A DNA stretch of 63,897 bases, filler included, from Aduncisulcus paluster (lineage: Eukaryota): the NCBI GenBank assembly GCA_024181965.1. It is 13 parts of 13 records of this genome, joined end to end, with 100 filler letters (N's around TTAATTAATTAA, not from the genome) between each part and the next. Parts side by side here need not be neighbours in the genome. Positions count along the whole stretch, not along the records: positions 11,441 to 36,115 come from BQXS01000136.1; positions 36,216 to 48,581 come from BQXS01000137.1; 11 more parts are not named here. One strand, 5' to 3'. This document shows, in pieces, positions 33,900-48,200 of the stretch. The position numbers and the translations under genes are program-made. How positions within the stretch are numbered: position 1 is the stretch's first letter; each line of letters starts with the position of its first letter. Under the pieces are notes generated by a model. The model was not told where the DNA came from and searched no databases. It worked only from the letters and a program-made list of their open reading frames with translations.

Positions 33900-35320
33900 A
33901 TGATATCGTAGCACTTTGAGCATCATACTCATCGATCAAAGTGATCTCCACCCAGGCTTGGTCAAATTTCTAATATAAATTGGAAGATTGGCCAATGTCA
34001 TTTTCATTGACAGAACCGTGTGAGTCACACGGTGTGACCAAGACGTGCTGTTGCTATTCCATCCATATAAACAATGAGTGGAATAATAATAGGATCAAAT
34101 GTATGTGCATTTGCGAATTCAACATAATCATGCAGTGTGCCGAATGCCGTATCAAATTGGATAAGATTGTCATCTTCAATCCCTAAACGTATCCTATTAC
34201 AGCCTTCCTTATATTTTCTGTAGCAAATGGGTTTGGAAGGATTCTCAGTACTACTGTTAGTAGTACTAATTATCTGGTGTGGTGATATATGTGTGTTAGG
34301 CAGACATGAACAAGTATTCGAATCACGCATTCGAATAGTAAATTTGTATCACCGAACAAATGTTGCAATTATAATTTATTCACAATTTAAAGTCCTAGGC
34401 AATGCCAACAATTCATTGGGCAATTACTAACAAAAATGACCGAATCGAAATGTAGTGAAGGGGGGCAACTCATCTCCAGAAATGGACAGATCGTTATTCA
34501 GTGTTTTTCTCATCCATTGGAACCGTTTCCCTGATGCCATTTCGTCCGAAGGAGGCGGCATACTTTGATACGGAGAAGCTCCGATAATTTCTTTGAATAT
34601 ATTGTCGTTCGACAGAACTCTTGCCAAGTAGGATGCAAGCGAAGTGTACCTATATTCGTGTCCTAGAAATGAAACTGAGTTCTGACATGGAGCTATGTCT
34701 TTCCTCATCTGATATAGCTTCTTCACAGACGGTAGTTTCTCTGATAAAGGTGACAGAAGCTTGAAAATGCTCATCGGAATGAGTCTTTGGAGGGTCAGAC
34801 TTGTGATGGCATCTTCGAGCGTTCCGAATGAGAGCGTGACTGGGGGTCTCACTGCCTTTACTTCTCCAATGGGGATGAAGTGGCGAGTGGATGAAGGGGG
34901 GACAGAAGTTGATGAAAGGAGCACAGAAGTTGATGAAAGGAGCACAGAAGTTGATGAAAGAGTATGGTGTTGGCTGTGAATCTCATCAAGAGAGGGAAGC
35001 TGGAGGCCAGTCAGAGATGGTCCTAGGATAACACACCCACACGTTGGGAAAAACCGAATTCGGAAAGAATACTCTCCAGTTGGAGTTGATTTGATCGCAC
35101 AGAGCTGATCTTTACATCGATCGAGATCCCTCGTGGAGTGCCATCTTGAAAGAGGATCTGAATGTCGTGAGGCCACTCCAAATATTCGACAACATCTCAT
35201 ACACTCAAAGCGATAAGAATATCCATTCTGGTAGGCTGGATTTAGGACCGGTGATATTTCCGCATTTTCAGTTTTATAAATAATTCCTAGTGAATTACAA
35301 TATAAAATATTAGAAAACAT
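33900..35320 (-). mobile_element. CACTA/Plavaka-like transposase pseudogene fragments
   Basis: FPTCGC and LPSVKKL...YTSLASYL..VLSNDNIF (35320-34427); PLIVYMDGIATARLGHTV/LSMKMTLANLPIYIR (~34100-33960). Confidence 0.6.
34902..34961. repeat. ~3 x 21-bp coding tandem repeat (LSSTSVL on minus strand)
   Basis: ACAGAAGTTGATGAAAGGAGC repeated. Confidence 0.85.
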
Positions 35321-35415
35321 ATTAATTTGAGTCTATTTTGTACCCAAAAATAATAAATTTATTGTTCTATTAATCACAAGCTCAGTTTTTGTTTATCTCG
35401 GGTTCTATTAGATAT

Positions 35416-35491
35416 TGTTAAGAAAAAATAAATGCACTAAAATATATTTTCAAATTTATTATGGAAATTTAGGTATATATCGTGTATTACA
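35416..35491 (-). mobile_element. Possible 3' mini-LTR (76 bp)
   Basis: Minus strand TGTAATA...AATAAATTTG...TTAACA downstream of a chromodomain; PPT weak. Confidence 0.4.
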
Positions 35492-35559
35492 AAGACTTTG
35501 TTCCTATTCGTCGAAGTTTTCACTTTTTGTTTGGATATCACGTAAGAAGTTGGTGGTGT

Positions 35560-36115
35560 AGGACCCACTTGTTGTCCTGTTAATAGAATGTATTCTTTTG
35601 GATAAACAAATTGTTTTTCTTTTACTACTGATTTAAGACTTGGATGTTCTTTTACATAGTCATCCAATGCAATAGAGTCATCCACAGCCTCCAGACACTC
35701 CCATGTGTTTTCGTCAGCGTCGTAACCTCTCCATCTCATCAGGAATTCCATGTCCTCTTCTGTTTCTCCTCTATGATCGACAATGAAATCCACTATATAT
35801 TCTCCTTGAACCGAAGCAGCCGTTTCTTTGAGCTCTTCGAGTGAGTGCTTCCTCTGTTGGCTATTCTCAAAAATGCCGTGGTCAAAATTTACTATACAAA
35901 ATAAACCATCATCATCACTCCCCCTCCACTACTTGTAACGCCACCTTATCCTCTTTCGAACTTGAAGATACGAACTTCCTCATTCTTGATACATGTACCT
36001 TCATTGCATCACCTCCATTGACTGATTTGACACGATAATAGAATGGGCTGGTCTTTTCCTCAACAATAAAGGGGCCTACATTCGTAGGACTGCTCTTTTT
36101 TGTCTTATTTATGTT
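35560..36115 (-). mobile_element. Chromovirus pol C-terminus (GPF domain + canonical chromodomain), degraded
   Basis: NVGPFIVEEK...KVHVSRMRKF and IVDHR...EFLMRWRGYDADENTWE; stops between the two parts. Confidence 0.88.
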
Positions 36116-36215
36116 NNNNNNNNNNNNNNNNNNNNNNNNNNNNNNNNNNNNNNNNNNNNTTAATTAATTAANNNNNNNNNNNNNNNNNNNNNNNNNNNNN
36201 NNNNNNNNNNNNNNN

Positions 36216-39200
36216 TAGATACATTGTAAACATCAACGACTCTCTTCCCATCCTTTAAACGCACATACTCCTCGACTGAAGGCAATGGTGGCGCACAAAC
36301 GACATTTCCAAATGAAAACAATCTATTCCTGCAATCGTCATCAATGAGAGGCAACGAGAATAGGGAGAAGAAAGAAGCTGGGGAATGGATTGAACCCAAG
36401 AGACAGGATGAGGAAGCTCGGACATGTTGTTCCACATACCGATTTCCATCACCTCCAAGAATAGCAGCAACCGAATTGATCCGTTGAGGAGTAAAAAAAT
36501 GTTGCTGACATAACACATCGACAGCGGATGGTACATGGGAAGGATGGAAAGGAATGGAACCAGTGGAAATGATCTGCATCGAGATGGGTGACAGAATTCC
36601 ATTTTGCATTTCCTCCAAGGACACACATTCACATGCCGATGATACGGATAGAACGAACTCATTCACAGAGATGTGAGAAGGAGCAAGAGGCATGAGACAA
36701 GAGCGTTCAACATCATTCAGTGACACTCCAATGTACCCTTTACGCTTACCCTCATCGTCAACATCGACATCTTTGGCTCTGCTTGATAAGAAGGATGACT
36801 GGATCACTCTTCCACTCGGCTCGGCAGCTGGAATAATGGAAGGAAGGCCAAGTCGAACAGCACTCTCAAGCTCTGTCTCCTCGACATTAAAAGGGGAAGT
36901 AGGGGTCAAAACGGCACTCAAATGCCGGGAGAGAAGGCGTGGCAAAGTTGACAATGATGTTGACATGACATACATTCCGCTGCATTGACGACCAGGGAGA
37001 AGCTGTTCATTGAATAAGAAATCTCCAGATCCATGAGTAACAGAAACAAAAGTAGTCTCTTTCCTGGACTTGGGATGTGTGATGTTAGCAGCAGAACGAT
37101 TACTAACAGAATGTCCAGCCACACTGCCTCGACGGATTGTATTCCCATAGCTTCGTGTGGATTGGCTTACCCTATCGGTTGAAGGGATTCCACTCCTTTC
37201 ACCGATGTATTGAGAATCAGTATCAATCGTCTTCTGGATTTTGACACTCTCATTGCCCTTATTTAGGATACCCCACATCCACATTCCACCTAAAACCAAC
37301 ACACGTTCGAGGAAGAGCATCATACCTTCCCGACCAGTGACTTGTTTTCGTTGGGCACCAATAGACACGTCTCCACCGTGCTGCACGATATTGAATAGAC
37401 AATTCCTGAATATTGACTCCCAGGGGGTTCTATTCGGATATAGATGGTGTTTGGAGGGAGTATCTGTATGAGTTGGAAGCAAAAACACATTGGTTCCAGA
37501 CAAAAGAAGCAGAGTAGAACACAATATGTGAGGAAGAATGCGAAGAATCAGAGGAGGAGCTTGGGATGGAGGGAAGAGAGGAGATGATGTTCCCACAGAC
37601 NNNNNNNNNNNNNNNNNNNNGGAAGAGCATCATACCTTCCCGACCAGTGACTTGTTTTCGTTGGGCACCAATAGACACGTCTCCACCGTGCTGCACGATA
37701 TTGAATAGACAATTCCTGCATATTGACTCCCAGGGGGTTCTATTCGGATATAGATGGTGTTTGGAGGGAGTATCTGTATGAGTTGGAAGCAAAAACACAT
37801 TGGTTCCAGACAAAAGAAGCAGAGTAGAACACAATATGTGAGGAAGAATGCGAAGAATCAGAGGAGGAGCTTGGGATGGAGGGAAGAGAGGAGATGATGT
37901 TCCCACAGACTTGCCTAATAAAGCAGAAGCATCAGTTTCATTCTCAGAACCAGGATACTCTTCATCACTTATTACGGTTGAATTGGCCACATTAACACCC
38001 ATATCTTCGATCTTTTGTCCATTTTCTCCACTCATTGGTGCAGATGTGTCCTCTCCGTGCAAGACAAGATCAACTCCAACTTTCCTAAATTCATTTCCTT
38101 CGTATCCAGGAAGGTTCATTGCGACACAATTAAGCGACGTCTCAGTCCGTAGAACAAGAGGAGACCTGGAATGGGTCAGGGACAAGTGAGGGAACCAAGT
38201 GTACAAAGACGATGGAATAGCTGAATTTGAGGCGAAGGATTGGGAAGGAATTGATCCTGTTGAATGCTGAGGAGTTGATGACCCATGTCCTTCAAACACA
38301 CGGCCACTGGTGCGTTTGGAAAGACGAGATGTCGTGATTGCACCTGAAGCCTTCGCAGTAGTAGCAGATGGTTCAATGTCAGAGAAGAAATTTGATGAGA
38401 ATTTGACACGTTTGAGAAGGGAAGGTCCCAGTTCAACATCGAGAGCCTTTGAGAAAGATGTCTCAGCCGTTGAATGTTTCTTGTTTTGGCGGGCAACTTT
38501 TCGAAGTTCGACAGTTTCAAGACTAATGGAAAGACAACTTTGAGCGACACAGTACAAAGCAAAACAACTAGAAACGGCCTCACTAACACCCTGGGTGATG
38601 GTATTCTTCTTAAATGGAGATCCCTGAGAGTCCATTGTCTGAGATATCTGTTTATCTGTGGAACTAACAGGCAAAGTGAAACGAGGAAGGGTACCAACTC
38701 CAATAGAAGTTGGGAATGATCCAGAACCAGATTGAATGGCACCAGGGGTCACGTTCTTATCGCTACTAACACTGAGCTCAAAGAATCCAGAATCATTGAC
38801 AGAAATACTTGTTTTCCGAGTGCTACCTGCACGACTCATGGTGTCTGAGATATCAGTAATGCCACTTCTGTTACTGTTTCTATTGCTTTGACTCACAGTT
38901 GATCTTGTGACAGTCTGATTATGTGTCAAAATCTCATCCAGTCCTGCTTCATCGTCATTGATCACAGAGAATGACTCACAAATGGATGCAGGGTACACCA
39001 CATTAATGGCACACTCAAGGAGAGTGCAGAACATGTTCACAGCGGTGTTCACGAGCAATCCTTCAAGAAGAGGTAACAAGGCAGGAAGTTGCATTGCTGG
39101 ACAACAATCATTGTTGATAGAAGAGAATGAATGGACATCGGATGGTTTAAGGATGCTTGGGGAGACGCCTTTCTTCGAAGCTCGCAACATTCGTTTCCCT

Positions 39201-42200
39201 TCCATCTTCAACCTATCTTCCATTCTTTTCCTTTCCTTTTCCTCTCGTTTCTCCTCTCGGTGGACAATTTCCTCCATATAGTTCAAGATTGGCACCACAA
39301 ACTCACATAAAGTGTCAGAAAGGATATCAAATGAATTCCCAGAAGATAACAACTTCGAAGTGATGGTTCTTGGCACAGCAGATAGCACAGATGATCGAGA
39401 TGATGAAAGAGAGATAATTGGGACAGACAAACGAGATAACAGAGCCTGAGTCTCTTCCACCTTCTTTATAACCGAGGAATGACTCATATATGCTGTTGAA
39501 CAAGTGTGGACAAGAGAAGGATCTTGTGATGTCACACATACGATATGCAGCGTACCAGGTGTGAGTTCTTTCATTCCACTACTGATGACATCTCCAATCT
39601 CACTCTCGTTATGGCAAAGAGTCATCCTCACACAAATCCAACCAGCCGACCACACCATAGAGGCTACATTCATATTGGCAACGATAGTTTGAACCTGAAC
39701 ATGGGGAGTGAGCAACTTGTAAGCCAATAAAAGCAATTGAGGAACTTCTCTAGCGCCAGCAAATGGAGGAGAACGGACAACAACCACATGTGGAGGTTGG
39801 GATAAGAAGAAATGCATCTCCCTGGCAGCCTTCATCCATCTTGTATATGGTTCATGGAATGAACTCACTTTGTTCTTGGCATCGATCAACCTTACAGCCT
39901 GGTTCAAAGCTGCTGGGAGACCTTCAGTGAAGGGATGGAGTGGCAAGAATGTTGAAGAGGTGATTCTTGGAGATAATAGATGGATTGGAGAAGGAACGAG
40001 AAGAGGGTGGTTGTTGAAATGAGGAATATCAGGAGGATGTGAGAAGAAAGGTGAGAAAGAAGTCAATGACTCAACAGATAGGGGCGAAGGAACCCATTTT
40101 CTGCTATGATTAAGAACAGAGTTGAACAGATCGTCAAGGGAAGAATATGAAGAGGACATGAACACAGAAGCAACAACCATTTCACTGAAATTCTTGTTGT
40201 CGGCTGGAATTTGTTTTTCGAACACATCAGCAACATTATTGAGACAAAACAACTCATGGGATGACAGTTTACGAGTGGCTTGATCGAGATAATCCTTGAT
40301 TTTCTTCGTTGGTTGAGTTGTACTCGTGAGAGAAAGGGAAGGAAGAAGTCTACTACTCACCGCAGGAGACAAAATAGTGGGCTCCTTCTCTTTTTCTTCG
40401 CTGTTAGGGAATAATCTTGCGATATCTTGGGAAGCTCTCTCCTGACATACGACTGGGGTAGGTGCAACAATGAAGAAATACAATAGAATCGGAGATACAA
40501 GCATGGGAACTACACGTAAATGAGCTCTTTCATCACGTTGATTGGTTTGATACATCTCTGAAGCAATTGGATGTGTCAATGAAACGACAGTTTCCATTAG
40601 ATTCTCATCTTCTTCAGAAGACTTTTCATGGGACTTGCTCGACTCACCTTCAAGGACTTCTTTGATGGCTCTTTCCTCACGTTCTCTCATCTTGGCATAT
40701 TTCTGCTGTACTTTGAACCTTCCTGCAAGGGTGTTTCCAAGCGATCTCTGAATGTAATGGCCCTTTTTGTCACCATCTTTACCATTGAAAGGATCTTGGG
40801 ATTGGTATTCCTTCGAGTATCCTGAACTTTTAGAATCATCACCAGTATAATCATAGTCTTCAGAAGAATACTCATCTCGAGTTTCTTGCTGGGCAAAACG
40901 ACCTTTCACGGCACCAGAGGCTCTGCTGAACCTCGATTGACTGCTTCCTGCCAGCATAAGGGGAGGCGGTGGAATGGATGGATCATCGGAATGCTCCTGG
41001 GAATCTTCATCATTGGCATAGATGGCTGTTGATGACATTGAAAACTCAAAATCATCAGCGTCAAGTATTCCAAACACACTTAGATCAGAAATGCAACTAA
41101 GAGTCTCAATGGTTATAATAGGATTATCACATTCAATCATTTGAGAAGCTATACCAACCCATTTCAGGAAAAAGTTCTCACTCGTCATTGGAGAGGAGTC
41201 ATAACGTTTGTTTTTGCCGTTCATTCGAGACGACTCTACAAGTTGGAATACCTTATTGGTGGTTTCCCCGACAACATCTTGGGAATCTTCATCCAAGGTA
41301 GGAAGTTTAATGTGCTTAATGTCAATATCACGGGTTGTGGGTTGCACAGAGCTGAGATAGCCACGATTACTACGCAAAGCTGTGGCGAGAAGTTTGGGAG
41401 AGTGAGTATTGTGGGTTGGATGAAGATAGGCACTCCATTCCTTGTCATTTATCATTTGATGTTGCTTACATATGACAGCAGAGGCAATGGAACGAGATAA
41501 AGAAAGTTGATTCGAAGCGGCTTTAAGAATAATTTCAATTCTATTCTTTGAGTCAACATTTCCTTCCTCACATAAATGATAAGCCTTGCTTTGCATCTCA
41601 GAAGAAAGAGAGAATCGCTCATGAGGTATCAAAATCGATGATTGAAGGGCAAGGGTTTGAGCTTGGGAACTCTGATTCCTTTCTTGTTTGTCATCAATAT
41701 CTTTCAAATCAATCTTACATCCCTTGGGAACAGGATTCGTTGGTGAGGATTGATTGATCTTAAAAATGGGGAACGGTCTTTGAAGACAGCTAATTGCACC
41801 TTGTAACTCAAGCCATCCAAAAATAGCAACATCGAGAATGGCGGAATTCACATTCTGGAAGTTCTTTAACACGTCAATCCCATCCAGTTCTTCTTGGGAA
41901 TATTGTTGTGCACGTTGGGGCTGAGCTTGTTGGGGCTGAGCTTGTTGTTTTGTTGCGGTGTTATCAGCCTTAACCTCACTAGTTGCTGAAGATGAGACAT
42001 ATGACTGATGAGTCAGAGCAGGAATATCACTAACTTCTTCTTCCACGTCAGAAGAGATATCTTCAGAGCGAGCAGTCTCCCCCATCCTCATAATCGAGTC
42101 ATACATGTCATCACTGAGTTGAATGATAGAAACTCCATGGAGGGTAGGTCCAATACTTTTCACAAGAGCTGTCAAGAATTGTTTGGACTGACGTTGTTTC

Positions 42201-45200
42201 AATGTCAGAACCATCGTACCCTTTGCAGAGAGAGATCCTCCGGACATGATATTCTGTGTTCCACCCTCTTCTTCTGACTCGTCATACTCATCGTTGAACT
42301 CCTTCACAAGTTTTCTGGAGGAGGAAGGGGGAGGAGACACAGAGGCCAAGGTGTTAACTCTTTCATTTTCAGTCTCTTCTAAACTCCGATCTCTTGCACT
42401 GACCCACACTCTCTCCCGTTTTCCAGACTTATTCTTCTGCATCTTATGGATTGGGATATGAAGAGAAGATGGAGTTCCTGTCGAAGCAATTGATAGGAGA
42501 GCAAGTTCGGCGCCAGAAAGAACATCAGAAAACAAGGATGGTTCAAGTCTGAGGATTCCACTAAGAGAAAGCTCAATAAATCCACATCCAGAAGGAACAA
42601 GAGGAGATGTGATAGCCCCGAATACATCAGCATGAGGGAAAAGCAACATGGAGTTCAATTCATACCGAATCGGAAACTTGAACAATCTCGAAGTATTGAT
42701 GACATTGAAGATATCTATTGTTGACATGAGACTCTTCAAATACTCGAGGGAAAGAGTGGAGCCTGTGAGTTCGGAAGGACTAATAGTGTCAGTTTTGGAG
42801 TGAGGAACACTTGGAATTCCTTGAGTTTTCTCTTGTTTCCTTGCATTGATCAACAATTGCATCAAGAGACTTCTCATATAAAATTTGATTTCATCTCTAC
42901 AATCAATAATGGCACATGAGTTTTGCAACGTTTGCAAAAGTTGTTGGGGCAATTCCAAATGAAGAGCGATTGAAGTTTTCATCAGAGCCAGAATCTCAAT
43001 CAACACATTACGCTCCAGCATCTCAGCCTTCATTGAAGCACCATCAATACACAAGAATGGCACCATAATCTCCACTTTATCCTTTGTGGACATCTTCGAA
43101 CCTCTCTTAGAATCCATATCTAATCTGTCAAATGGCTTCACGGGAGATATTTCAGGTTGGGGACGGTGTGAATCGGCATGGGGTGTATGAAGAGAAGAAG
43201 ATGCAGGTGATTCAGGTCGCACTTGGGGAGATGACACTATCTCAGAGTACGGAAGAACCTCACTGTCCTCACGAACGACACAGAACACTCGGGTTGAAAT
43301 GGTGGAAATTGTGACGAGACAAGATACAAGACGCTCAAATATCGTGCAGAAATCATAAGCAGGTTTCATGGAGAGAGCAAAAGCGCTTGACATACACATT
43401 CTCAGACCTAAAAATAGAGAAGCCGAACTAAAAGCGGAGACACAATGATTATCAGAATGCTTAATTACTGATTTTGTTGGAAGGAACCAACGAGCCGGGA
43501 TATTTGCAATTGGAACCTTCAAGTTTTCGATTGGTTTCATGTGTCTTTCTGGAGGATGGGTATGAGTTGACTGTTGTTTCATTAGGTCCTCTTCAGAAAT
43601 GACTGATGGTGGAGAGAAGGTTGACACCTGAGGTGCTTTTGAGGTCGAAACTGACAAATAAGATGATGGAATGGTAGAATCTGATGGATCTGTTGCAATA
43701 ACTGTTGTGTCAGAGTTCGAAGACAATGGATTATTGAATGTCCGGGCAGTCCGACTGAATGGAGATGCGATAGCAGAAGGAACAAGAGCCGTCTTGAGGT
43801 GAGCTGGAGGAGTTAAAATAAGTCTCCAATCACACAGAGCAGAGAGAGAGTATCTCTTGATAGTTTCAACGACCTGACTTCTCAGAACAGCCAGTAACCA
43901 AGTGATGGGATGGACATGGGGCTTTGTTCGTTGAATCCACTCGTTATCCACAATGAGATCTTTTTCCCACAATGAAGGTCCAACTGGGGCTCCATGTGGA
44001 TTGTGATGTGTGGACGTCGATCTCTGTCCGCTCACTCCCGACATGGACTCATTGGCAGTCTGTATATCTGACGTCATGCTCTTGGAAGATGATTGAATAG
44101 AGGCAGCATGAAGCGTGGAAAGTTCTTCATGGGACGTGTCAATCTTCAGAGCAGCTCCAGATGTCGAGGAACGATACAAAGGACTTGAGCCCATCTTACT
44201 TTCTTCTCTCAGAGCCCACAATTTCTCCTTATCTGTTTTGCGTCTCCGTGGCAAAAGAACATTGGAACAATCGATTGGATTCATCAAAAGAAGCCTTTCG
44301 CCACCAACGAGGACAACTCCAACGATGCACAAACCAGTTTCGCTCAAAATGATTCCACAGATTCCTGGAATGCATCGATATACAATATTCAGAGTATGCA
44401 GGAGTGGGGTCGAATTAAGAGCCTTCAGGGGCAGAGTCGAGGGGAGAGTACACATCGATGACTGATACACGCCAATTCGAGGGGTGATTGAAGGCGAGAG
44501 GATAGTGGGTTGTCTTCGAAGGAAGGAAGAACTCTTTCGAGAACGATAAGACGTCGGAGTCGAATTCCCATCCTCAATACTTGAAATAAGAGTTCGAGCA
44601 GATGACATACGAGAGGCCGGGGCTGTCTTTTCAGAACTTTCTTTAACGTCAAGTTCACTCTTACTTAAGTGTTTCTCATATTCCTCAGTCTTCTCTTTGG
44701 CTTTCATTCCAATTTCCACTTCCCCACAAATTCTATCAGTGACAGGGTTCATCCGACAACTCTCATACAGAACAGAACACGCGATATCACAATTCATCAC
44801 AACACTACCGTGTGTACTATCATGAGCAGTTGGCAACAAAGAAGACCTGAGATTATCAGAAATAATTACAAGCTCATCCAATGACGCAGTTAAGAGAACA
44901 TCCGGAGATATCTCACATTGACCATATGACAACAGAGTAACCCACTCAGCTCCACTCAAAGAGCGCAGTTTATCAATTACCTCATAAAAGTGGAAAATGA
45001 GGGGAGAGGAATGGGTATGAGAATGAGATCTTGGGCTTGGAGACATGTCATACGTCACAGTTTCAGGAGGAAGATGTCTTCCCCACGAATAGGCTGGAGG
45101 TTTGATCTTCCTTCTCTTGCGGTTCTTCTTTGCTTTGTTCTCACCAGCACGAGTCGGAAGAGGGATGGACAACGTAGGTTTTGCAACATTATCTTTCTTA

Positions 45201-48200
45201 ACGACCAAGTCTTCCTGCAATTGCTGGATTCCAGTGAGTTCACAGCAACTCTTGGATAACATTCTTGCAGTACCATCTTCAAGAAGCAAAGAAACGGCAG
45301 ATAGAGCTTCATTTGAACTGATAATAATAACTCGTTCACCTGTGAGAGATTCATCCTTGTCATTAACAACGGTTTGTGACTTGGGAGTTTTTGGGATTGT
45401 CGGGATGCTTGCAGAAATTCCTGTGACCTCTGCCAAATTATTGGCACTCGACTGTTTTTGGTTACCTTTCTCATTGGAAGCATTTTCTTCACTTGTTTTG
45501 GTCAACATCTTCATTTCTTCACGGAACTTGACTTTCAACGGAGTCGTGTTGAATCGCATGATATCCATAAGAACCTCCCAATTTCCAGCCTCGATATTAC
45601 ATTCGACAAGAGGAACATCAAGCATGGCTTCGCATTGTTTCACTGAGGATAAGATGGAAGAGAGAACATGTACTACAACAGCGAGACCAGATGGAAGAAG
45701 AGGAGGAAGAATTGATCCGATATTCAACGGATTAGTTTTTAAACATAAGGCGACAGCACTGACACGGGAGACAGCCACACAGACTTTGGCTAACAGAGCA
45801 ATGAAGGAATCAAGACGTTTGAAAGAATGGTGATAATGCAAAAGAGCAGATAAATGAGGAGCAGAAAAGGGAGCATGAATGGCATTCTCAGCCAAACAGA
45901 TGTGTTTTGAGAGTTGAGAGAGGAATATCATACCTTCTTCAATCTTTTGATCATCAGCAAGGGATGTGGATGCACCCATACGCTTGGAACGTGAATTGAA
46001 AGGATTCGCCTTATCACGAGTCTTCATATCTGTGAAGGAAGACTCGGCTCGAGGGGATCCAGGCCTATCCATCTGTCCATCAGCTTGCTTAGGAGTAAAC
46101 AAATGGGCACGAGCGGTGAGACGAGCGGTGTTTCCGCCTCCACCCCAACTTCTATCGCCTGAACCACCTTTGTCCTCTTCTTTTCTTGATGACTTGTTCT
46201 TCTTGGATGTTGTGTTGACAGACTTGTCTGCACCCATCTCCTTCTCGGCTGACTGTTCCATTGACAACAACTCTACGGCACTACTGAGTGAGAAATTAAC
46301 ATCCATCTCCTCAATTTTCCAGGCAATGATCAATGTTGCCGGTAACAAAGTCTCTGTGTTTAAGGAGAACCAGTATTCTTTCAAATTGGAAAGCAAACGA
46401 TCCACGACAGATTCTCCAGTGGCTTGTAAAAGAACAGAATCAACAGCAGACCGGTGAAGGGAGAGATCAAGTCGCAATGCACTCTCAAGAGAAATATCAT
46501 CCACACTTGACTTGAGTTTCTGCTCTGAAGGGATGGCACGCACCTCATAGTCGGCTTGCTCATTCTCCTCAGACTCTTCCTCGAAGCTTTCACCAGAGGA
46601 GTCACTGAGTTCAGATTGTTTTTGAAGGGCAAACTTTCTGCCCTCTTCAATCCTCCAAAGAGCACGACGTCTCTGCTCTTCAATGACATTCGTGGGCTTA
46701 TCTTTTTCATGCTCTTCTCGTTTCAATATTCTATTTTGACCCTTGAAAACTCCAACGCCTCGTTCACGCTCATGAGAATCGAACACTCTCGCATAAAGAA
46801 CATCTTCCGTTTCATGTGCAACGGAGTGAGCAAGTATTTTCCAATGGATAAGTCGGAATGGGGTGTTAGAGTCGAATATGAATTGAAGCAACTGGAAAGA
46901 TGTTGAATAGAAATCAACAACTCGGAGCAATTCTCCAACCATGAACCATTGCTTGCGATCTCTGCTATGAATGTGCGTGGCCCGAATGGGTTCACTGATG
47001 ATATCTTGGAGATAGTGTTGCTCTCCAACACAATCAACAGAAAGGACAGTGGAATTGAACCACTCTCGCCGCCTGCTATCAAGAAGATTAGCCTTACTCC
47101 ACAGTCCACTGACATGCTTTAACATTGTGTTTCCATGTTCAATTCGCTTGAAGACTCTAATGTCACTCCCAAGAACACGAGAACAGTTCCTGAGCTGGCA
47201 ACAATGATCGGACACAACGCTCAACTTATGCCTGAACTTATCAATAATGTGGATGGCTGCATCAATCGCTTCCTTGTTGAACATATCATGGGGTCCTCTT
47301 ATGGATGCACGGGCAATATGGGTGGCTGACTCAAGTTTTGAAGCAGGGATAATCTCTGTGTGAGAAGCAAGTATTTCGACTCCCAATGGTTGTTGAGAAA
47401 CTGAGGCTACAGGTTTCCTCATGATAGTCCTTGTCACATTAGTCAAAGAAATACCATTGCGATTGGTGTTAGGGTCTTTGATAAGAAGTTCCTTACAGTT
47501 TCTGATTTGTTGCAGGAGCATCTTGCTTGCTTCGTCAGTTCGATCACATTCTGTTGTAATATCCTTGAGGATAACAGGGATAACACGTTCAACACTCAAC
47601 AAAACCTCAGAAATCCAGGCATCAAGTCGTTTCACCTTGGCCAAACACTTCGAATGGATAGAATTCAATTCATGAACCACATCGGTACAATCACCACCGT
47701 CTTTCAGGATAACACGGAGAAGATCTCCGACAGCTTCCAAAGTTTCTTGTATAATGCTCTTCCGAATTGTGAAAGAAAATCTTCTGTTCAATATAATCAG
47801 TGTATTATGTTTAACGGTATAAATATCAACGTTATCGCCATTTGTCACTTGGAGGGCATCAGAGATGTCTTTTTCGAATGATCTAATCACATTTATACAT
47901 TTTATAATCCATTTCAAAGCAATGTGAGTGATTGGTTGTCTTGTAACAGCTGTACTATGCTTCACAGCACTTGATAGGGAGAATTTGGCACCTATTAACT
48001 TCACAACGAGGGCTCCACACCTCTTCTCGTCATCAACTTTTCTCAAACCATCCATAACATTCCTCATGGGATCGAGAGAGATATCAAGGAGTCGCGAAGG
48101 AGATGGAAGAGATGAAAAGGCTTTGAGATCATTCCTGGCTTTCTTTTCAGCTGGAATACCAACAGTGGGATCGTTAGTCGGGAAGTATGACTCGGCAACG

